Part shown: positions 57,219 to 64,000 of the stretch, in pieces | Layout of the letters: the number at the start of each line of letters is the position of its first letter | Numbering within the stretch: position 1 is the stretch's first letter | NCBI GenBank assembly: GCA_963772455.1 | Contig: CAVYXJ010000010.1 | Span: forward strand, 128,001-192,000 | DNA: 64,000 nucleotides | Direction of reading: 5' to 3' | Source of the DNA: Candidatus Bathyarchaeota archaeon | GTDB lineage: Archaea > Thermoproteota > Bathyarchaeia > Bathyarchaeales > Bathycorpusculaceae | Position numbers and translations under genes: made by a program | Notes under the pieces: model-generated | What the model saw: the letters and a program-made list of their open reading frames with translations, nothing else | What the model was told of the DNA's origin: nothing | Databases searched by the model: none

Positions 57219-58301
57219 TTATGTGAAAATCATATGTTTGGTCTTGTAATCTATTTCCACGACTTTTTGTTTGTTAGTTATCTTGCCGATAATCTCAGGG
57301 TTCTCGCCAGCGTGCTTTAGAGTGTTTAATGTGTTCTCAATATCTGCCTTGTTAACCACAATGGCAAATCCCCAGCCCATGTTAAAGGTCTTAAACATCT
57401 CCTCATCAGATATTATAAATCCCAGATCAGCCGCGGTTTTCTGGATTAATCCAAATATTGGATGCGGCTTGAAATTGTTGAATTCAAAACCGATGCCTGG
57501 AGAGTAGTTGGCAAGGTTATTGAATTTCAAGTAAGCATCGCCCGTAATGTGGACAGCTCCCTTAATTTTGACTTCTTGAGCAAGTTTTAAGAAAGGTTTA
57601 ACGTAGATTTTCGTGGGTTTCAAAACCTCAAGAACCACTTCCCTGTCTATCCCTTCTGGGATGTCGTAGGGTGAGTATTTTCCGCCCCATTGTTTGAAGA
57701 GGATTTTTCTTGCAAGTGTGATAGCGTTGCTGTGCAAGCCGCTGCTGGGCAAACCGATAATTGGGTCTTCCGGCTTGATGTTTTCGCCAGTGATGATTTT
57801 TTTGCGTTCAACACTGCCGACCGAAGAGACAACCATATCGAACCCTGCGTTTTCCGATAAGCCCTTGATTAATTCAGCTACGTCTCCTGTTTCGCCACCT
57901 GTAACTGGGCATTCGGATTCGTGCGCGCCTTGGATGATGCCTTTTAGCCACTCGTTTACTAATGTGGGTTCGCTGGCCTGCGCATGAATGTTATCCGCTA
58001 CGGAAAGAGGTTTGGCGCCAGAGCGAATCACATCATTAACAGCCATCGCAACAGCGTCTACACCTATTGTGTCGTATTTTTGTGCTAGTTGAGCAACAAG
58101 AACTTTGGTGCCTACACCTTCAATTACTAAATCCAAAAAAGTGTTCTCGCCGATTGGAAAAATGTTTCCGTAAGGTAGATGCATTACACCGCTAAAGAGG
58201 CTGTGCTGGTAGGTTTCCTGCAGATTCTTAAGTTGTTTTTTGGATTCTACGCGTTGTTTGCGATTTACTCCTGCATCCTCGTAAGTGTAGTTTTTGGGCA
58301 C
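57219..58301 (-). CDS. purM: AIR synthase
   Basis: TY.DAGV, EGVGTK, D.VAM.VND, GGETG, SSGLHSN, AVHITG, EM..TFNMG.G. Confidence 0.95.
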   Translation of the reverse strand: MPKNYTYEDAGVNRKQRVESKKQLKNLQETYQHSLFSGVMHLPYGNIFPIGENTFLDLVIEGVGTKVLVAQLAQKYDTIGVDAVAMAVNDVIRSGAKPLSVADNIHAQASEPTLVNEWLKGIIQGAHESECPVTGGETGDVAELIKGLSENAGFDMVVSSVGSVERKKIITGENIKPEDPIIGLPSSGLHSNAITLARKILFKQWGGKYSPYDIPEGIDREVVLEVLKPTKIYVKPFLKLAQEVKIKGAVHITGDAYLKFNNLANYSPGIGFEFNNFKPHPIFGLIQKTAADLGFIISDEEMFKTFNMGWGFAIVVNKADIENTLNTLKHAGENPEIIGKITNKQKVVEIDYKTKHMIFT

Positions 58302-58406
58302 GAGCTTGTTTCTCCTTGCACGCTAAATGTGTAGGTTTCTGTCTGATAACGATTTTGTTTGCAAAAACCCAAAAAGGTTTTTGTGCTCAGAATGATTGAT
58401 TAGCCA

Positions 58407-59252
58407 TTGATCTTCGTGCAAACAACTCCCAAATACCACATCTATGTAGAATACGTTGAACCAGACAAATCAGGCATCAGATTCAATGTTCCCCAAGAAG
58501 AACTTGTGCGCACTTTCTCCTCCCCCTACACCATGGGGCAACCTTTCTGGTTTTTGGGCAAACTTCTCAACCCCAACAAAGTAACTAAAGTTGTCATATT
58601 CTGGTCCTACCAAACAGCCGACAAACTAAAACTTCCAAACCAAGAAAATCTTGTAGCCGCCAAAGACAAAAAATACCTAATCGAAAATATACTCAAAGGC
58701 AAAGTCAAAGGCGCTTACCTGTGCACTGAAAAATTCTTATCTTCAACCGAAAAAACCACGGCTCCCTCTAAACAGTCAATATCTGGATCGGATGTTAGGC
58801 GAAGGGTTTTCGTAGTCTGCGGCACAGATGGCGAGATGAAGCAAGCTGTCACTATTTCCTTAACCAGACTCAAACTTGTACCGATAGTTGTGTGTGAAGA
58901 GCCAAGTCAAGGTAAAAAAATCGTTGAACGATTCCAAGAGTATTCCGATGTTGGTTTTGCGGTAGTTTTGCTTTCGCCGGATGATTGCGTATACGTTAAA
59001 GATGAACCGCCCACAAAACGCACGCTAAGACCTAGGCAAGACGTGATTTTTGAGCTTGGTTTCCTTTTAGGAAAACTTGGTAAGAATAACGTACTTGTCT
59101 TCTTCAGAGAGTGCGCAAACTTTGAAATTCCCACAGATTTTGAAGGTATAAAAATCGCTGCGTTCGATAATCGTGATAGCTGGAAGCTTGCACTCATTCG
59201 TGAACTAACAAACTGTGGATACGATTTCGACGCTAATAGTCTCGAAAAGTAG
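58407..59252 (+). CDS. Nucleotide-binding protein with C-terminal TIR-like (Cap12/Pycsar-effector-type) domain
   Basis: VFVVCG.D, FAVVLLSPDD, RPRQDVIFELG...GKLG, EIPTDF.GI. Confidence 0.82.
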   Translation: MIFVQTTPKYHIYVEYVEPDKSGIRFNVPQEELVRTFSSPYTMGQPFWFLGKLLNPNKVTKVVIFWSYQTADKLKLPNQENLVAAKDKKYLIENILKGKVKGAYLCTEKFLSSTEKTTAPSKQSISGSDVRRRVFVVCGTDGEMKQAVTISLTRLKLVPIVVCEEPSQGKKIVERFQEYSDVGFAVVLLSPDDCVYVKDEPPTKRTLRPRQDVIFELGFLLGKLGKNNVLVFFRECANFEIPTDFEGIKIAAFDNRDSWKLALIRELTNCGYDFDANSLEK

Positions 59253-59411
59253 GATAACAAATTAATTTGTAGATTTTCAATTTTAATATGACAAAAATTC
59301 TCTTCAAAGTCCTGACAATTTATTAAAAAAATGATTTGGTTTAGCGAATTATTTTTTTTAGCGAAAAAGGTTTATACAACATGGTTTCAATCCTAAAATG
59401 AGGAATGTTAA

Positions 59412-59573
59412 ATGGCAAAATGCCCACAATGTGGAAAAGAAGTTGAACCCAAGAAATCATGGAAAATGGCCGGCAGACCAGATAAAACTGGAAAAAGGAC
59501 AGAATTAACAATTGGCCTTTGTGAATGCTGCGGCAAAACCTTCAGAGCAACATTAGCCAAAAAGAAAATATAA
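59412..59573 (+). CDS. Small basic Zn-ribbon protein, Cren7-like chromatin protein candidate (not in ORF track)
   Basis: 53 aa MAKCPQCGKEVEPKKSWKMAGRPDKTGKRTELTIGLCECCGKTFRATLAKKKI; GAGGA ribosome-binding site and TTTATA box upstream. Confidence 0.75.
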   Translation: MAKCPQCGKEVEPKKSWKMAGRPDKTGKRTELTIGLCECCGKTFRATLAKKKI

Positions 59574-59590
59574 GACTTCTAAAAAACTTC

Positions 59591-60929
59591 CTATCTTTTC
59601 TTTCCTTCATTTTTATTTTTCTTAGCGACCAAAAACCCAGTTGCAACTACCATTAAACTAAGCAGCAAAGGGATTGTCCAAAATGCAAACTCTGGTACTG
59701 TTGGTGAGGGCGAGCCTGTTGGCGATGAAGAGGCTGATTGCTGATTGGTAATTGTCCCAATGGCGTAAATGTAATAGTCGTTTGAACCTATGTAGACCAC
59801 GCCGTTAGCAACAGAAGTAAAGGATTCCACGTCGTCGCCAGTTTTGTAACTCCATATTTTTTCGCCTGTTTTAGCCTTCAAAGCATAAACATAATCATCT
59901 TTAGAGCCAATGTAGACTACTCCATTAGCAACAGCTGCATAGGAATCTATTGCATCTCCAGTTTTATAATTCCAAACTTTTTGGCCTGTTCTAGCATTCA
60001 GGGCATAAACGTTTTGGTCGTCGGAGCCAAAATAAACAATGCCCTCTGCAACAGCTGGTGATGATGTTACATAATCGTTTGTTGTGAAATTCCAAATTTT
60101 TGCGCCACTTTCTGCATCCAAAGCGTATAGAGTTGTGGTCGTTTGAGCCAAAGTAAACCACACCGCCGACAACTGCGGGGGAAGAATACATCGAATCCTT
60201 CGGTTTGAAACTCCATATTTTATTTCCTGTCGAAGCTTCTAAAGCATAAACATAGTCCCAAGATGTAACATAAACAACGTCGTTAACTACTGCTGGAGAA
60301 GACCACACAAAGTTGCTGGTTTGAAAGCTCCAGATTTTGCTGCCGTCTTCTGCCTTTAATGCATAGACGTAATGATCGTTTGAGCCGATGTATACCACTC
60401 CATCGACAACGTTAGGAGAAGAATAAACTTGGTTTCCTGTTTTGAATTTCCATATTTGGTTTCCTGTTTTAGCGTCTAAGGCGTAAACGTTGTTGTCAAG
60501 CGACCCAACATAAACAACGTCGTTAACAACTGTGGCAATTGATTTAATTGAATTACCTGCAGTGAAGCTCCAAATTTTTTCACCCGTGTTAGCATTCAAT
60601 GCATAAAAAGTGCGATCCTGCGAGCCGACATAAGCAACTCCATTTACAACTGATGGGGAAGAATACTCTACAGAATTGCCGGTTTTGAATTTCCATAGTG
60701 TTTGATTGGTCAGCGGTCCGGTCGACGTAGAGTAACCTGAGTGGGCTGAGTCATAATGGAACGTGGGCCAATCGTCGACTGAAGGTTGTTGAGCCTTAAT
60801 TTCCTGAGTGCAGGATAGGAGCGTGGGTAGTAACATTAGTGCTATTATTATTGTGAATTTTTTATGGTTAATTCTCTCATCTTCCTTCTTATTGGTTGGA
60901 TAATCCAACCAGAATATATGTCTTCTCAT
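59591..60929 (-). CDS. PQQ-like (BamB-type) beta-propeller surface protein with PEF-CTERM sorting signal, frameshifted at about 60131
   Basis: Repeats SSP.V..GVVY.GS.D..VYAL.A.TG...W.F; two track ORFs join at GSNDHN-(t)-LYALDA; C-terminal S/P linker, VPEF, TM helix, basic tail. Confidence 0.85.
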
Positions 60930-61114
60930 AATTCAAGAAAAATTATGTCTATCAAATAAACGAAAAATTAAATTTTTCAGCAAAATTGCAGCCTTAGCGG
61001 GGAAGATTTTCCTTAATATATTTAGCGTGCAATTCGGCGAATGCATCAAAACTATTTACAAATTGAAAAAAAAGATAGACCAATTCTATCACACAAATCA
61101 TTTTGATTTCTTGC

Positions 61115-61957
61115 TTAATCGATTTTTGTTTTTCTCGATTTTTTCCATCCCAATAATCCTATTGGAATAATGCTGATAACGAAGATTAGATAAATCCAGC
61201 TGTTAGCCCCAGACCAGTTGACCTCACCAGCGTAGCGAACCAGAGATACTGCCTGAAGTGTGCCTAGTAAGGTGTAACTTATGTATGCGATTCTGTTGCG
61301 TTGATGGTCGTTTTCCCATGTCATATGCAATGCTATAACGCTGATTCCAATGAGCCAGGCTCCAATTGCGCGGCTCGTCAGCGGGGTTAGCGCCCAAGGC
61401 CAAAAGGTGGAAGCTGTCGATGGAGATATGAATAAGACGATGCCCGTAACCAGCATTATTGTTCCTTGGGTTGCAAGGGCGAGGCGCATCAAGGAGGGTA
61501 ATGTTGCTTTTCGTTTCGGTGTCGAGCCTTGGAGCCTGATTTGATGAATGAGAAGAATCAGCATAGCAATGGGTACAGCAATGTAAATGGCTAACCAAAG
61601 ATAAGCGGCCACCATTGCTGAAAATATTGGGCTGTTGAGGTGGAATTTATCGAGGTGCAATAAGGTTACAACTAAAGTCAGAGTTGTAAATAAGAAAACT
61701 GAAGGAACAGCTATTCGAGCGTTGGCCCATGTCTTCTCTCGATAGGCAAGAAATTCCAGGATAAAGCTGGAAAGATAGCCCGCGCCAAGGAAAGCAGCTG
61801 TCATAAAGGACTGGATGGTCCAAGCGAAGCTTGTGGCAGTCTGCTCAGTGAGAAATGTGAGATCGAGCCCTGCTGAAAGAACAAGAATACTGGCTGCTAG
61901 CAAAATAAGGCGCATGCCCTTCGAAAGCTTAGGTGAAGTTGCTTGAAAAATTGTCAT
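61115..61957 (-). CDS. Multi-pass membrane protein with internal duplication
   Basis: About 8 TM; repeated unit FAWTI...TAAFLGAGY / WPWALTPLTSRAIGAWL. Confidence 0.7.
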   Translation of the reverse strand: MTIFQATSPKLSKGMRLILLAASILVLSAGLDLTFLTEQTATSFAWTIQSFMTAAFLGAGYLSSFILEFLAYREKTWANARIAVPSVFLFTTLTLVVTLLHLDKFHLNSPIFSAMVAAYLWLAIYIAVPIAMLILLIHQIRLQGSTPKRKATLPSLMRLALATQGTIMLVTGIVLFISPSTASTFWPWALTPLTSRAIGAWLIGISVIALHMTWENDHQRNRIAYISYTLLGTLQAVSLVRYAGEVNWSGANSWIYLIFVISIIPIGLLGWKKSRKTKID

Positions 61958-62052
61958 TGTTCGTCGTCGTATTTCTCATAGACTGTTGTGGAATATTAAA
62001 GTTTCAGTGTTTCGCATCCGCGAGTTCTTTTCGAGAGGCGCTAATTTAGTGC

Positions 62053-64000
62053 TTATTGTTTGCTGTGGGGTTTTTCGTTTTCGATGCATTTCCATAACAA
62101 TGGTAAAACTTCTTTTTGTGAAGAAAGACTGTATCGTGCTTTGCTTGGAGTTACTCCCACTTTGATTGAGTATGCTTCTTTGGGAAGAGCTGCAAAGAGG
62201 TCTTCGTCGGTGTTGTCGTCTCCTATTGCAAGAATGAAGGTGTATTGTTGTTTTGAAAGCCAGTTCTGTGCTGCTCGTCCTTTATTAATTAGGGAGCTTT
62301 TGATTTCGATTACTTTGTTTCCATTTAGTACTTCTAGGTTAAGGTTTGATATTGATGATAGAATGTTATCTTTGAGTTCTTTAGCGCGTAGAGCGCCAAG
62401 GGTAGGTTCGGTTGCGCGGTAATGCCAAGCTAAAGAAAAATCTTTCTCTTCCACGAAGCTGCCGGGTGTTCGGTCAGCGTATGTTTCAAGAATTGGAAGA
62501 ATTTCTTTTTTCCATGCATCGGAAAGTTGTTCAAGGACTCTCCAGTCTTCTGAACGTTCTTTAATCCATGCTCCATGCTCTGCAGCTAATCCAACTTTTA
62601 GGGATTTGAACCACTCGTCAATGGTTTTTTTGTCTCTGCCGCTGATAAGAACAATTTCGTTAGAAGATGATTTACTAAGCTTGCTTAGCATTTTAGTTAC
62701 ATCTTCGGTAGGTACTGCTTTTTGTGGTTTGGTTGCGAAAGGCACTAGTGTGCCGTCATAATCTAGTAGAATTAGTCTTTTTTTGCTTCTGCTGTAGCTT
62801 TCGACTAGTTCCGTTCGATTAGCTGGAGTCATGATTTGTTGAGCACTTTCTTGTTGTTTGATATAAGCGTCATTTAAGCGGTTGAGAAAATCGTCTGCCC
62901 ACCGTTCAACATTATAACGTGATAATCGTTTTTGCATAATGCGATTTCGTTTTATTTGTTCTTCTATAGGCATAGCGAGAGCTGTTTCTAAAGCTTCAAT
63001 TATGTCTTCTTGATCGTTGGGGTTAACGATAATTGCCTCTCCAAGTTCTTGCGCCGCGCCTGTCATTTCCGATAGTATTAGTGCTCCTAAACCGTTGATT
63101 TTAGTTGCTATGAACTCTTTGGCCATAAGGTTCATGCCATCGCGTAATGGTGTCACTAAACCAACGTCGGCAATTCCATATAGAGCTATTAAAGTTTCAA
63201 AAGGAAGGAATCTTGAGAAATAGCTAACGGGCGTCCAATCTGTGGTACCGTACTTTCCGTTTATTCGACCTACTAATTCATCAATTTGTTTCTTCAATGT
63301 TTGGTATTGACTCACGTTAATTCTTGAAGGAACTGCGACCAATATGAAGGAGACTTTTCCTCGATATTCTGGTTTATTTTCAAGCAGGGTGGCGAAGGCT
63401 TCGAGTCGAAGTGGGATTCCTTTAGTATAGTCGAGGCGGTCAAAAGAAAGAATTATTTTTCGCTTTCCAATCTTTCGTAGAGTGTGTGCCATCTCTTTTT
63501 GAACAAGTGTATTGTTGCCTGCATCTGAAAACCGTTTATAATCTATACCCATAGGAAAGATATCGACTTTTGTTTGCTTTGACCCTATTTGAATTTCCCC
63601 AAGGTAATTTTCGTTTCCTAAAATACGACGAATACATGAAAGAAAATGAAAAACATAATCGTAAGTGTGGAAACCAATTAGGTTTGCACCAAGTAAGCCT
63701 TCAAGTATTTCTTCCCGCCAAGGAAGAAGTCTAAAAATTTCATGCGATGGAAAAGGGATATGATGGAAATACCCTATCTTTGCATCAGGTAAATGTTCCC
63801 GTATCATTTGTGGGAGCAGCATGAGTTGGTAATCATGAATCCAAATAGTGTCGTTAGGCTTAGCGACCTTTATTATTTCGTCACAAAATTTTTGGTTGAC
63901 TTTTTGGTAAGTCTCCCAATTTTTGAGGTCATATGTTGCATAGAGGTTAAAATAATGAAATAAAGGCCATATAGTATTATTTGAGAACCCTTCATAATAG
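62053..64000 (-). CDS. Bifunctional trehalose-6-phosphate synthase/phosphatase (5' partial)
   Basis: Frame open to window edge (YYEGFSNNTIWPLFHY...WIHDYQL); HIPFP, DRLDYTKG, DGMNL.AKE; HAD part DYDGTL, SGR, GDD.TDED. Confidence 0.95.
   Translation of the reverse strand, partial: YYEGFSNNTIWPLFHYFNLYATYDLKNWETYQKVNQKFCDEIIKVAKPNDTIWIHDYQLMLLPQMIREHLPDAKIGYFHHIPFPSHEIFRLLPWREEILEGLLGANLIGFHTYDYVFHFLSCIRRILGNENYLGEIQIGSKQTKVDIFPMGIDYKRFSDAGNNTLVQKEMAHTLRKIGKRKIILSFDRLDYTKGIPLRLEAFATLLENKPEYRGKVSFILVAVPSRINVSQYQTLKKQIDELVGRINGKYGTTDWTPVSYFSRFLPFETLIALYGIADVGLVTPLRDGMNLMAKEFIATKINGLGALILSEMTGAAQELGEAIIVNPNDQEDIIEALETALAMPIEEQIKRNRIMQKRLSRYNVERWADDFLNRLNDAYIKQQESAQQIMTPANRTELVESYSRSKKRLILLDYDGTLVPFATKPQKAVPTEDVTKMLSKLSKSSSNEIVLISGRDKKTIDEWFKSLKVGLAAEHGAWIKERSEDWRVLEQLSDAWKKEILPILETYADRTPGSFVEEKDFSLAWHYRATEPTLGALRAKELKDNILSSISNLNLEVLNGNKVIEIKSSLINKGRAAQNWLSKQQYTFILAIGDDNTDEDLFAALPKEAYSIKVGVTPSKARYSLSSQKEVLPLLWKCIENEKPHSKQ

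Noticed and set aside
59760-60700. Periodic ~120-nt similarity as a CRISPR array or DNA repeat
   Set aside because: Degenerate, in frame and explained by beta-propeller blade repeats; no identical repeats with unique spacers

Overview
Gene-dense, AT-rich archaeal chromosome segment. Gene content (GINS23-MCM, Rpo12, translin, archaeal CODH/ACS, F420 genes, a Cren7-like protein, a PEF-CTERM protein) best fits TACK, probably Bathyarchaeia; this taxonomy is inference. In order it holds: replication genes (mcm, gins, rfcL/rfcS) with gdhA; tRNA-modification genes; a nucleotide-sugar operon and guaA; cysE/cysK; tRNA-Leu(GAG); argS; two convergent deoxyhypusine synthase homologues; a RimK/RLAN/GCS2 ligase group; cofE, a MetF-like gene and a lone frhB; two cooC genes and the full cdhABCDE operon; a purine cluster; a TIR-like gene; a frameshifted beta-propeller gene; and a partial TPS/TPP gene. 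Best candidate for an undescribed system: the purine cluster encodes steps 1, 2, 4 and 5 (purF, purD, purQLS, purM) but has no purN/purT. In that slot, translationally coupled to purD, sit a HAD hydrolase, a divergent Ftr formyltransferase and a PfkB kinase (resembling EhaR/S/T), suggesting a methanopterin/methanofuran-linked route from GAR to FGAR. No CRISPR array, rRNA or mobile element was seen. All family calls come from motif recognition by eye; no database search was run.
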